NCBI GenBank assembly: GCA_002269645.1
Contig: NIVC01000732.1
Coordinates: 62,001 to 126,000, forward strand
DNA: 64,000 bases
Direction of reading: 5' to 3'
From: Macrostomum lignano
Lineage: Eukaryota
The notes under the pieces were generated by a model. The model did not search any database. It saw only the letters and a program-made list of their open reading frames with translations, and had not been told where the DNA came from. Position 1 is the first letter of the stretch; each line of letters opens with the position of its first letter. Shown here piece by piece: positions 34,501 to 46,910 of this stretch. The translations under genes and the position numbers were made by a program.

Positions 34501-37070
34501 CTATTGCAGGTAGCTTATGTGTGAATAAAAGGGGTGTTTATTAGTGACTATTGCAGGTAGCTTATGTGTGAATAAAAGGGGTGTTTATTAGTGACTTTTG
34601 CAGGTAGTTTACGTGTGAATAAAAGGGGTGTTTATTAGTGACTATTGCAGGTAGTTTACCTGTGAATAAAAGGGGTGTTTATTAGTGACTATTGCAGGTA
34701 GCTTATGTGTGAATAAAAGGGGTGTTTATTAGGGATCACTGCAGGTAGCTTATGTGTGAATAAAAGGGGTGTTTATTAGGGACTATTGCAGGTAGCTTAT
34801 GTGTGAATAAAAGGGGTGTTTATTAGTGACTATTGCAGGTAGCTTATGTGTGAATAAAAGGGGTGTTTATTAGTGACTATTGCAGGCAGCTTATGTGTGA
34901 ATAAAAGGGGTGTTTATTAGGGACTATTGCAGGTAGCTTATGTGTGAACAAAAGGGGTGTTTATTAGGGACTATTGCAGGTAGCTTATGTGTGAATAAAA
35001 GGGGTGTTTATTAGTGACTATTGCAGGTAGCTTATGTGTGAATAAAAGGGGTGTTTATTAGTGACTATTGCAGGTAGCTTATGTGTGAATAAAAGGGGTG
35101 TTTATTAGGGACTATTGCAGGTAGCTTATGTGTGAATAAAAGGGGTGTTTATTAGGGACTATTGCAGGTAGCTTATGTTTGAATAAAAGGGGTGTTTATT
35201 AGGGACTATTGCAGGTAGCTTATGTGTGAATAAAAGGGGTGTTTATTAGTGACTATTGCAGGTAGTTTATGCATCAATAATAACAGGGGGTGTTTATTAG
35301 GAATCATTGCAGGTAGCTATATAAAAATGATAGCAAACTCCATTCATACTACTTACTTAGCGGCTTTGCACTGAGCGTCGCGATTATCGCCCAACTCTCT
35401 ATCCAGCGAGATCATATCGCTGGCGTATTGATTAAATGCGTTTCTCTGCCAGCCTTCGTCGTATTTTCTTCGTTCAGTGGAGGACAGCTTGTTCTTGTCA
35501 ATGTTGACAGGGCGGCCGCCTTCGCCGTGCTCGTGTCCCGGGTTGGGATAGGCGGCCCACAGCTCTCGAATATGGGCCGGCGGTGCTCGGGCGAACCCGT
35601 CTGGTGACAATGTGCTGGCCGAGTTTGAGTCATCTGGATGGAGCTGCGGCTTCTGCTGCTGTGCTTGTTGATGACGATGAGCCTGGAGCATGTCCCGGTG
35701 GTGCACCCGGTTGAATATGATCTCGTCGCGTACCTGGCAGGGGATACCAAGTGATTAATTATATATGTATACATTATAATCCTGATAGTACTTAGTCAAA
35801 GTAGTTCAAAGCGAAATTTAAAGCGATTTTAAGGCGATTTTGAGCCAACTCAAAGCAATTGTCCAGGCAAAATACAGGTAGTTTTCAAAGCGATTCTCAA
35901 GAAGAACTTTAAGCAATCTTCACGGCGCAATTCGGGCGAATCGATCGAATCGAATCGATTCGGGATTTTCAAGGCAAAATTAAGGCGATTCTCAGAGCGA
36001 AATTAAGGCGATTCTCAAGGCGAAGTTAGGGCGATCCTCAAGGTGAAATTAAGGTAATTTTCAAGGCGTAATAAAGAAATCTTAAGAACAAAATTACGAG
36101 ATTCTCAAGGCGAAGTTAGGGCGATCCTCAAGGTGAAATTAAGGTAATTTTCAAGGCGTAATAAATAAATCTTAAGAACAAAATTAGGAGATTCTCAAGG
36201 CGAAGTTAGGGCGATCCTCAAGGTGAAATTAAGGTAATTTTCAAGGCGTAATAAAGAAATCTTAAGAACAAAATTAGGAGATTCTCAAGGCAAAGTTAGG
36301 GCGATTCTAAAGGTGAAGTTAAGGCGATTCTAAAGATTAATTTAAAGCGATACTCTGGGTGAATCTTAGGCGATTCGAAAGGTGAAGTTAAGGCGATTCT
36401 AAAAATTAATTTAAAGCGATACTCTGGGTGAATCTTAGGCGATTCGAAAGGTGAAGTTAAGGCGATTCTAAAAATTAATTTAAAGCAATTCTCTGGGTGA
36501 ATCTTGGGCGATTCTCAAGGTGAAGTTAAGGCGATTCTAAAAATTAATTTAAAGCGATACTCTGGGTGAATCTCAGGCAATTCTCAAGTTGAAGTTAAGG
36601 CGATTCTCAGGATGTAATTAAAGCAATTCCCAAGTAATGTGTTAAGGATGATGTTCTTCTGGAGGTGTACATACTCCCGGCTACGCATGAGGCGTACATC
36701 TGTGTATTCGATTCTCATGGCAATCAAAAAATTCTAGATTTAAACATTTTTCGATCAAATAGAGAACGATTTAAGCGCACACGATTTTCAGCTAGTTGAT
36801 CATACTAAAGTCAATGAAAAAAGCTTCTACCTCATTAATATCGTCCTCAACGCCCAGAACAACACCCGGTGCAAGTTCGCGCTGCGGTTTCACCGGCGGG
36901 AGCATGTGCTTAGGCGGCGGTGGCCTCAGAATCACCAGGGCCTGTCCAGCAGCAGATGCTCCGCTATCTAGGGCCCAATCAATGCCGCCTTTGACAACAA
37001 ACAGGCACATTGCAGACAGACAAGCGATACCGACTAGAAACCAGCGGATTCGGCCTTTGACTCGAGGCAT
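25562..37070 (-). CDS. GALNT: Polypeptide N-acetylgalactosaminyltransferase (GT27, GalNAc-T), complete, 657 aa. Exons: 37070-36831, 35733-35357, 33567-33366, 29220-28588, 26083-25562.
   Basis: Type II TM anchor ([18 protein letters not shown]) and stem. GT-A motifs [46 protein letters not shown] motif [29 protein letters not shown]-terminal ricin-B lectin ([20 protein letters not shown]). Phases 0,2,0,0 chain cleanly. The exact paralog cannot be assigned. Confidence 0.96.
26172..26795. repeat. 21-bp minisatellite ATGGGATCAGAGTAGGGATCC (~29 copies)
   Basis: Tandem units in the last GALNT intron. Confidence 0.96.
27210..28505. repeat. 18-20-bp GC-rich minisatellite GGCGCCAGCTACAGAGGG(G/GA) (~68 copies)
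   Basis: Tandem units in the last GALNT intron. Confidence 0.96.
29305..29480 (+). mobile_element. tRNA-derived SINE fragment with CORE-like domain
   Basis: Pol III B-box GGTTCGATTC at ~29318, followed by TGTGTCCTTGAGCAACACACTGAACTCTGCATTGCTTCAGTTCACCCAGCTGTAAAATGGG. This resembles the recalled MIR/CORE consensus TGTGACCTTGGGCAAGTCACTTAACCTCTCTGAGCCTCAGTTTCCTCATCTGTAAAATGGG. 5'-truncated (no A-box seen). Confidence 0.72.
29491..33325. repeat. 34-bp minisatellite AGTGATCAGGTGACAATCACACACTAATCTAATC (~112 copies)
   Basis: Tandem units fill GALNT intron 29221-33365. Confidence 0.98.
33630..35320. repeat. 47-bp minisatellite GTGTGAATAAAAGGGGTGTTTATTAGTGACTATTGCAGGTAGCTTAT (~36 copies)
   Basis: 47-bp period read directly (CAGGT at 33661 and 33708); fills intron 33568-35356. 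Confidence 0.97.
35820..36630. repeat. Hierarchical repeat built from ~20-bp AAGGCGATTCTCAAGGTGAAATT subunits (~90-bp x3 and ~66-bp x4 superunits)
   Basis: Repeated blocks in the first GALNT intron. Confidence 0.85.
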
Positions 37071-39020
37071 GCTTTCTTTAAATTACCGCTTGATTAAAAA
37101 GTTCAATAGGAACTTGCTTTTATATTTATAGAAATGTTTAGACATCAATTTGGAAAGTTAATATTTCTAGAATCTTTTAGTTAGCAATATGTGCATTCAA
37201 GTTAAGCAGATTTGACTATGGAAATATGTCATCATTCAAGACAACTGCAGTGCAACCCAGTATGATAGCACATGGTAGCGAAGGGGTGTTTTTTGTAGAT
37301 GGCAGTCTGGCACAATGAATAAAGTGGTTGGCACACTGGCATATGCTTTTAGTTGTAGTTTAGCAAACTTGTGTTGTCTAAAATATACATACGCTCGTAT
37401 AACAAAAAGCTTAATTACATTTTTTAAATCTTATTATACAATATTGACTAAAATGCTATAATTTTAATTACCAATTGCGCTATAATGATCTATTATATTA
37501 GAGTTGAGATGAAATTAAATTATTAAACCTATTCAATTTGAATATCTGAAAGAACTGATTTGAATACCAAATATGAATATTTCGATAATATCCTTTCAAC
37601 AGCCTTCAACCAAAAGGCCATCATCTTTACTTCTTGTTCAATGAAATGTGCCTAGACCAAATGCCAACCCTAACCCTCCAAGTTTATAAGACTCAGCACC
37701 CCAAAAATCCATGTTTCACAAACTTGATTCTTAATGCTCTCACTTCTCATAAGCACTGAGACTGCACAAGCACCCCAAGATATGCCAAAGCCAAATGTTG
37801 TCTTCCATGTTTTCCTCATGGATGAGCCACAAGCACACAACCCTTAACACTTTCAACTCTTCAAACTCAAACTTTTTAGTCTTCCATTCCTCCAAAAACA
37901 TTAACACAATGAGCTTAATTGTTACATTAATTACATCAATAATCCCTCTGCCTTTTTTAAACCACAACTATCCCTAATTCTTTCCCTTTATTTATAAGCT
38001 ACAATATTAATATTTATTCTTGAATTGTTCTAAATCTTCATTCTATATCAAAGCAACTATTTGGTATTTGTATTTAGATTGTCAACTTTCTGATTCCAAT
38101 TTGAACCAAATATTTGGTTGATTCCATTTGATTCCAATTACTTTACTTATCTTGATATAATGTATACTAGATTTCCCAAAAAAATTAGGACAAAATTTAA
38201 ATGAACAATATTGCTTCAAAATGCAAACTAGTGATACAAAACTTATATACAAGGGAAAATAGTCTTTAGTAAACAATAAAGAATGTTGACCAATGACTAT
38301 ACAAGAGCATTATGAATTTGTAATGGGTATGTGTGCACACCTACTACTATCTTCAAGTTTATAGGAATCCTAAGAAAGACTATATATAGGGTCATCACTA
38401 TATTATTAGTTGCTAAGGAAAAAGAAAAAGGTTTGGCATTGTTTCATTGCAGTCCAAGACTAGTCGCAATGCCAAAGTAAAACTTGTTTCAATTCTATTG
38501 AGATATCTAGAACATAATGTTTTGACAAAAAATTCTTATCAAATACTATTGTTGTTAAAACTAAGTGCTGAAATTGGCACGGGTCAGTTCCAAAGAACTT
38601 TGCCGCAGTATGTTGGTATATTTTATCCAAAAAGTTAAAATATTTACAGAATTTTGATTTGAATATTTATATGAATATTGAAATTAAAAATATACATAAA
38701 TAAAACTATTTTTCAATATTTTGCAGTTTTTTTGCATTTACATGTATTTGGGGATAAAAAAGAGGGGAGGGAAATCCTGCACAAAGAAGGGCCAAAGTAA
38801 AGGTGTAAAAAAGCAATTAGGAATATTTGTAAAAACAGTTGGATAAAAACACAGTTTGAGTTGTTTAGGAAACAAGTGCAGAGAGACTAGAGATTACCTA
38901 ACTAGTCTTAGTGTCTGTCTCTGATCAGATCAGCCAATCTCTATCTCAGGCAGCAAGTTTAGTTTTATTTATTGCATTTCAGAGTGTGGTCACTTCAGGT
39001 TTGGGAGGCTGATGGCCAGC

Positions 39021-40090
39021 CTAACCCTGGGGTGGGATTCCCCTGTTTCTTTCCCGACGCCTCATGGCATCCCAGAGGACATTGAGGACAGGGGTTTGGC
39101 TCAGAGCCCGAGGGGCTTCTGGCTCAATGTGGAAGCTGTAGAGCTTGGCTGCCCTCATCTTGAGTAGCCAAGCCACCCCCAGCTGCTTGACCCTGTCTGC
39201 AAGCATCGGCATACCTGCCAGCTTGTGCAGGTATTCGATGCTGATATAGGATGGCACACCATAGCAGATATGGAGAGCTAGGTTTTGATTTTTTTGCAAT
39301 TTGATTTGATTTGTGGCAGAAATTTGGCTCCAGATTGGCGCTCCGTAGGTGAGAGCACTTTTTCCATATGCCCTGCACAGCATTCTGAGGGTGGTTCTAC
39401 TCAGCTTTGTCATTTTTGCAATTCTGCACAGTGACATTACAATGGCTCTGCTGGTATCTGCCATGTTGTCCACATGTTTATTCAGGCAGAGGCTTTGGTC
39501 AAGGAGGACACCCAAGAATTTCACTTCCTGACAGTACGGAATGGTCGGAACCTCTGTCCCCCAGATACAGTTTGGCTTGCAAGTCCATGCACCTAGTAGG
39601 TTTGCAGTTAAAAGTGATTGCTTTGCTTTTACTGGCATTCAGCCTAATGCCATGTTTAATGCACCAGTCAAAGACTCGTCTCAGGATGTTTGGAGCCCAG
39701 CAAAGGTGTCTGCTGAGGCCCAGATGGCCATGTTGTCTGCAAATTGACTGCATTTGATGCTTGGGATATTAGGAGTCAGCATTGAGCTAAGGAAGAGGAG
39801 ATACAGGAGAGGACTCAGAATGCCTCCCTGAGGGATGCCAGCCTAGATAGTGTGGGGATCGCTTAGGGCCCTCTCAATTTGAACCTGGATCTATCTGTCT
39901 CGCAGGTAGTCAGACAAGATTTGCATGAGCATAGGTGGAAAACCATTGGTGAGCATGCTATGCCTGATCTTGTCATGCCAGATGGAGTCAAAAGCTGCCT
40001 TTGTATCCAAGAAGACTACAGCTTACTTTTTAGCTTTGCCCTTTGCTACCATGACATCTTGTGCCAGACAGCACAGGTTGTCATATGTTG
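39021..40090 (-). mobile_element. Decayed non-LTR retrotransposon (LINE) reverse transcriptase fragment
   Basis: Minus-strand motifs GIPQGGILSPLLY (~39840-39800), QFADNMAIW (FADD-like, ~39750), KFLGVLLDQSL (thumb), then YGAPIW and LQKNQNLAL. Broken by frameshifts and stops. Confidence 0.88.
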
Positions 40091-43009
40091 AGTGAATTTT
40101 GCGGTGATTTAATACTATTTGTAATTTGTAATACTATTAGGAAGGTTGTAAATTTTTTCTACTATACCATTTGTTTTAATACTAAATTTTGGGTTATCTT
40201 TACTAAATTGTATTAGACTTAGCACAAAAAAATAAGCTATCTAATTTGATATTAATATAAAAGAATACAAGAAGCAAAAAGATTTATCAATTTAAATCCT
40301 TATTAAAATATCTGCTTAGTAATTTTTTTAAAAACAATGTTTGCAAACATACATGCGCAACCTCCAAAATTGGGTCAGCCAAGCGACTTAGTTTTAACAA
40401 AATGTGACATAGCTTTCGGCCAAAAATGTGACTTACATATAAAAAAACTGTAAAGCAAATTTAACACAACTTTGGGTAAACGGTAGGAGTAACTATGACT
40501 GTCTTATTAAGCCAAAATGCCTCATCAGCTACTTAGCACTATTACTTAGGTATTTTTTGGGTGGGCATTTTTGCAACTTCCTTGGTTGCTGCCAAATTGG
40601 ACTGTTGCGCATGTATGTTTGCAAATTGAGTTAAAAAAGCATTTTCCACAAAAGCAGCAATTGCAAAGTAAAATAATTATAGGGCAAAAAGATTTTTTGT
40701 CTATGAAACAAGTGTTTTGATTGAAAGCATGTTGCAAAGTAAATTAAGAGGCAAATTACCCATTACTATTGCTAAATAGAGTAAGAGAGGAGAAAGAGTC
40801 CCAAGGAATAATAAGAATACTGTTTAGACAAATAAGCATAATATATTAACACATTGGGATAGCCTAAGCCTATGCATTTTTAAATGAAGCTAGGAACCTC
40901 AATTATTGGCAATGCCATTTAGAATTTATAATAATCAATAGTCAACAATGTTTTGCTACTGTTGCCACTAATGATATAGTAAATCATACTAACAATAGCC
41001 TACTTAGTTTAGATTTAGTTAATGAATAAATAAAGAAAAAAAATTTCCTTAGGCTTACTTTTGCTCATTAAAAAATACAAGTCATAAGTTAATATATTAT
41101 TTGCATATTTACCCTACTCCCAAATCTTACATATACGCCAGAAAATTCTGGCATATAATAGACCTGAAAATATGCTTGGCGTATAACATCTGGTGTAACA
41201 CAATAGCTATACCAATTGTGCGCCATTGCGCTGGCATATTGGGTATCTGGCAAAGAGGTCTAGCATGGCAATAGTTGGCTATTAACATATAAAAAACATT
41301 GAAAATTTTTTTTTAAAATGTTAAAACAAAATAAAAAGAAGAAGCACTATACAACAGCTACTATTTATTTATTCACAGATTTGTGTCTATAAAAGTAAAA
41401 AAAAATTATACTTCCCCTAAACAAAAGGACCTAAAATTGAGTAAAAATTTGGTATAGCATTGCAATTTCTTTTTAGTGTAAATATATATCATATGTAACA
41501 TTTTTTACTGGCATAAACTTAAACTAATGGCGTAAGGGGTCTTTTTTCTAGCGTACCAAATAACAGATTTGAGAGTATGGCATATTTATATCATATAAAA
41601 CTATATTATTGTAAATACTAAAATAGTGGCACTATAAAACAATAACTTTTAATAATAACTACTAATAGACTTAGAAGCAAACTAGAAATTTGTATATTTT
41701 ATCTTTAATTACAAAAGAAAATTCAAAATTTATAAACAATATTTTTAGGCAATATTAAATAAACATTAAAATTAGATATTAGAATTAAGGCTTTGTCTAT
41801 CTAAAAAATATCTAAAAACTTCCATATAATTATAAATTCATTAAAAGTTGAAATTGGCATGATTTATAAACAAAATGACTCTTCTTACTTTGTACTACTA
41901 AAAAATATGCCCTTAATAAGACCCATAGTCTAGAAGAGGGGTGGTATGCCAGATTAATCCGGCATATACTCACGACTTTTGGCGTACAATTTTTTACTTT
42001 TTAAAATCTAACATACTATCTGGCATATAAAAATGCATATTCAAAAAGTAGCGTATATGTTCCTCCAGTTATGGAATCAAATCAAATAGTCAAAGAAAGT
42101 AGTGTGCATGCAGTTAATAGAATCATATGGAAGAGTTCGTGAAAAGTGAACAAAAATCATAAAACAAGTTTATTTTTAAGCAATTTCAAGCTTTACAGGT
42201 TTTTAGAGCTTGTAGGGCCTAATAGAAAATTTAAACAAATCTTTGCATGTATTAAGTTGCCACTATAAATAATATCAGGAAAAAAGCTAAAGTATTAACC
42301 AAATTATCAGCTAAAAAAGGTTACTTTATGCAATTTAAAAACAAAATAATTCATAGGCTAGTTGCAATGTAAAAAAGGTCATTTATTGTCGCAACATGGG
42401 CGTAGATTTAAAAGTGAGCGTGCACTTAAAATTTGGTGTACACTGGCATACCAAAAAATTGTAAGAGATTTTAGTCTGGTGTACATTCAGATGATTCAGG
42501 GTGTTCCAAACTATGGAATAGGCCTAAGACAAAATAATAAATAGAGCCTAAATAATAGGCCTAATAAATGATAAATAATAAGACTAGGCCTAAGAGTGAC
42601 CCAAATCAAGCCTTAGCCCTTAGGAAGCAAGGAAGGTGATTTGTAATTGACAGTTGATATCCTAGATCTGGGTTTTTAAAAGGTTGGAAATCTAGTTTCC
42701 AGCTGGCCCTTGAGGCTCAAAATCTGGTTGCCAATGGCAATGGCTATTTTTGGTTGCCCAATAGCAACTGGCCAAATTCCCAAGGATGGATATCCCAAGG
42801 CTGCATTTGAAAAGCAGAAATTTTTTCTTTCAACTCTAAGATTGCAATTGGGCTTCTTCAGAATATGTCCAAATAGTAAATAACTAGCAATCTAGTGCGG
42901 CCCCCCTTCGGGGCGCCCAATAAGAAAGGAGCAAAAATAGTTCATGGAAAACAATAAAAAAACACATTTTCTTAAACACTAATTATAGAAGCATATTATA
43001 GAAGCATCC

Positions 43010-43300
43010 ACCCAGATAGCAAGCATTCACTCAGATAGCAAGCATTCTGCAGATATCAAGCACCCCCAGATATTATAGAAGCATCCTGCAGATAGCAAGC
43101 ACCCCCCAGATATTATAGAAGCATCCACCCAGATAGCAAGCATCCTGCAGATAGCAAGAATCCCTAAATAGCAAGCATCCTGCAGATAGCAAGAATCCCT
43201 GAATAGCAAGCATCCCTGGATAGAAAGAATCCCATGCATGTAGCCAGTACCCCCTCTCCCAAATAGCAAGTATCCCCCCTCGAGAGCAAGCATCCACGAG
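43010..43300. repeat. Degenerate CAGATAGCAAGCATCC minisatellite
   Basis: Recurring GATAGCAAGCA/ATCC units. Confidence 0.8.
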
Positions 43301-43424
43301 ACAGCAAGTAGCTAGTGCAAATGTTACTTCCGCTAATGCAATAATCGCTTTCTCAGGTTGTGCAACAATCCACGTCTCAGCGAGCGCAATAATCTCTTTT
43401 TTAGACAGCGCAGTAATCAGCTTC

Positions 43425-46240
43425 TCAGCTAGTGCAATAATCCTTGGTTTATTAATAGCAATAATCCTTGATTAATCAAGTGCAATAATCCTTGGTTTAT
43501 CAAGTGCAATAATCCTTGGTTTATCAAGTGCAGTAATCTTTGGCCTATCAAGTGCAATAATCCTTGGTTTATCAAGTGCAGTAATCCTTGGCCTATCAAG
43601 TGCAATAATCCTTGGTTTATCAAGTGCAATAGTCTTTGGTTTATCGAGTGCAGTAATCCTTAGTTTTCCAAGTGCAGTAATCCTTGGTTTATTAAGAGCA
43701 ATAATCCTTTGTTTATCGAGTGCAGTAGTCCTTGGTTTATTAATATCAATAATCCTTGAATAATCCAGTGCATTAATCCTTGGCTTATCAAGTGCAACAT
43801 TCTTTACTATCAAGTGCAATAATCCATGGCTTATCAAGTGCAATAATCCTTGGTTTATCAAGTGCAATAATCCTTGGCTTATCAAGTGCAATAATCCTTG
43901 GTTTATCAAGTGCAATAATCCTTTGTTTATCAAGTGCAATAATCCTTTGTTTATCAAGTGCAATAATCCTTTGTTTATCAAGTGCAATAATCCTTGGTTT
44001 ATCAAGCGCAGTAATCCTTGGCTTATCAAGTGCAATAATCCTTGGTTTATCAAGTGCAATAATCCTTTGTTTATCAAGTGCAATAATCCTTGGTTTATCA
44101 AGTGCAATAATCCTTGGTTTATTAAGTGCAATAATCCTTGGTTTATCAAGTGCAATAATCCTTGGTTTATCTAGCGCAGTAATCCTTGGCTTATCAGGTG
44201 CAATAATCCTTGGTTTATCAAGTGCAATATTTGTTTATCAAGTGCAATAATCCTTGGTTTATCAAGTGAAATAATCCTTGGTTTATCAAGTGCAATAATC
44301 CTTGGCTTATCAACTGCAATAATCCTTGGTTTATCAAGCGCAGTAATCTTTGGCCTATCAAGTGCAATAATCCTTGGTTTATCAAGTGCAGTAATCCTTG
44401 GCCTATCAAGTGCAATAATCCTTGGTTTATCAAGTGCAATAATCCTTGGTTTATCAAGTGCAATAATCCTTGGTTTATCAAGCGCAGTAATCCTTGGTTT
44501 ATCAAGTGCAATAATCCTTGGCTTATCAAGTGCAATAATCCTTGGTTTATCAAGTGCAATAATCCTTGGTTTATCAAGTGCAGTAATCCTTGGCCTATCA
44601 AGTGCAATAATCCTTGGTTTGCCAAGAGCAATAATCCTTAGTTTATCGAGTGCAGTAATCCTTAGTTTTCCAAGTGCAGTAATCCTTGGTTTATTAAGAG
44701 CAATAATCCTTGGCTTATCGAGTGCAGTAATCCTTGGTTTGCCAAGAGCAATAATCCTTGGTTTATCAAGTGCAATAATCCTTGGTTTATCAAGTGCAAT
44801 AATCCTTGGTTTATCAAGTGCAATAATCCTTGGTTTATCAGATGCAATAATCCTTGGCTTATCAACTGCAATAATCCTTGGTTTATCAGATGCAATAATC
44901 CTTGGCTTATCAACTGCAATAATCCTTGGTTTATCAAGTGCAATAATCCTTGGTTTATCAAGCGCAGTAATTTTTGGCCTATCAAGTGCAATAATCCTTG
45001 GTTTATCAAGTGCAATAATCCTTGGTTTATCAAGTGCAATAATCTTTGGTTTATCACATGCAATAATCCTTGGCTTATCAACTGCAATAATCCTTGGTTT
45101 ATCAAGTGCAATAATCCTTGGCTTATCAAGTGCAATAATCCTTGGTTTATCAAGCGCAGTAATCTTTGGCCTATCAAGTGCAATAATCCTTGGTTTATCA
45201 AGTGCAGTAATCCTTGGCCTATCAAGTGCAATAATCCTTGGTTTATCAAGTGCAATAGTCTTTGGTTTATCGAGTGCAGTAATCCTTAGTTTTCCAAGTG
45301 CAGTAATCCTTGGTTTATTAAGAGCAATAATCCTTTGTTTATCGAGTGCAGTAGTCCTTGGTTTATTAATATCAATAATCCTTGAATAATCCAGTGCATT
45401 AATCCTTGGCTTATCAAGTGCAACATTCTTTACTATCAAGTGCAATAATCCATGGCTTATCAAGTGCAATAATCCTTGGTTTATCAAGTGCAATAATCCT
45501 TGGCTTATCAAGTGCAATAATCCTTGGTTTATCAAGTGCAATAATCCTTTGTTTATCAAGTGCAATAATCCTTTGTTTATCAAGTGCAATAATCCTTTGT
45601 TTATCAAGTGCAATAATCCTTGGTTTATCAAGCGCAGTAATCCTTGGCTTATCAAGTGCAATAATCCTTGGTTTATCAAGTGCAATAATCCTTGGTTTAT
45701 CAAGCGCAGTAATCTTTGGCCTATCAAGTGCAATAGTCCTTGGTTTATCGAGTGCAGTAATCCTTGGTTTTCCAAGAGCAATAGTCCTTGGTTTATCGAG
45801 TGCAGTAATCCTTGGTTTGCCAAGAGCAATAGTCCTTGGTTTATCGAGTGCAGTAATCCTTGGTTTTCCAAGTGAGTAATCCTTGGTTTATTAATAGCAA
45901 TAATCCTTGGCTTCTTGAGTGCAGTAATCCTTGGTTTGCCAAGAGCAATAGTCCTTGGTTTATCGAGTGCATTAATCCTTGGTTTTCCAAGTGCAATAAT
46001 TCTTGGCTTCTTGAGTGCAGTAATCCTTGGTTTGCCAAGAGCAATAGTCCTTGGTTTATCGAGTGCAGTAATCCTTGGTTTTCCAAGTGCCGTAATCCTT
46101 GGTTTATTAATAGCAATAATCCTTGATTAATCAAGTGCAGTAATCTTTGGTTTGCCAAGAGCAATAGTCCTTGGTTTATCGAGTGCAGTAGTCCTTGGTT
46201 TATTAATAGCAATAATCCTTGGCTTATCGAGTGCAGTAAT
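43425..46240. repeat. Intergenic 24-bp minisatellite CAAGTGCAATAATCCTTGGTTTAT (~117 copies) with an internal 1626-bp-offset duplication
   Basis: Tandem units; an identical variant series starts at 43780 and at 45406. Confidence 0.97.
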
Positions 46241-46789
46241 CTAAGTGTTTTTATTTAGTCCTTTAATAAAACCTTTTAATAAAAAATTTTACACTACTAC
46301 TTTTAAACTACTTAGATTCGAACCTAGGTCGCTGCATTAGCAGTCTGGTCTGTTCAGCTCTAGGCTAGCTCTCATCGAAGTTATCAGTGATGTTGTACCA
46401 CTTATATAATTCAACACTCACACCAAGTCAGGTAGAGTAAAAAGTCTCACGAAGCAGTTATGACATAATCAATTTCTTAGGCAAGTCAGTACCAGTGTCT
46501 ATGAAAGTTTACAATATGGTTACGTAATATAAATTCAGTACTGCGCTATGCTTTCACACTCAAAGCTGTGACGCAATTCAATTGAGTGTCAAATTCAGCC
46601 AGTACACAGACGATAAATAAAGTGTATTGTGATGCAATCTATTTCAGAATCAGAATTCAACCAGTCAGTTTTTCTGCTAGCATTCTTACGATGCATTTCA
46701 AGTCGAAAGAGCTGCTTGACCTTTGCAAAAAAGCATGTTTTTCGAATATTTAATCCCTTTAGCATCAAGCAATTTCTTAGCCACGATGC

Positions 46790-46910
46790 ATGTACTGTCA
46801 CGGGAAAATTTCTGATCGAACAGTGCAAGTTCGAAGAAAATCGGTTGAGCCGTTTTTGCTAAAATCGATCACACACACACACATACACACACACACATAC
46901 CGACAGACCA
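46790..46910 (+). mobile_element. Possible non-autonomous Helitron/Helentron-type (DINE-1/HINE-like) fragment with CA microsatellite
   Basis: GTGCAAGTTCGAAGAAAATCGGTTGAGCCGTTTTTGC followed by (CA)n...CCGACAGAC resembles recalled invertebrate HINE cores; no termini verified. Confidence 0.4.

Noticed and set aside
44171-45871. 566-aa repeat ORF as a real protein
   Set aside because: Switches between two unrelated peptide frames at 23-bp units and has no non-repetitive flanking exon; kept only as a low-interest finding.
2176-46240. CRISPR-like appearance of the 30-47-bp tandem arrays
   Set aside because: Units are head-to-tail with no unique spacers, there are no cas genes, and the context is spliced eukaryotic genes.
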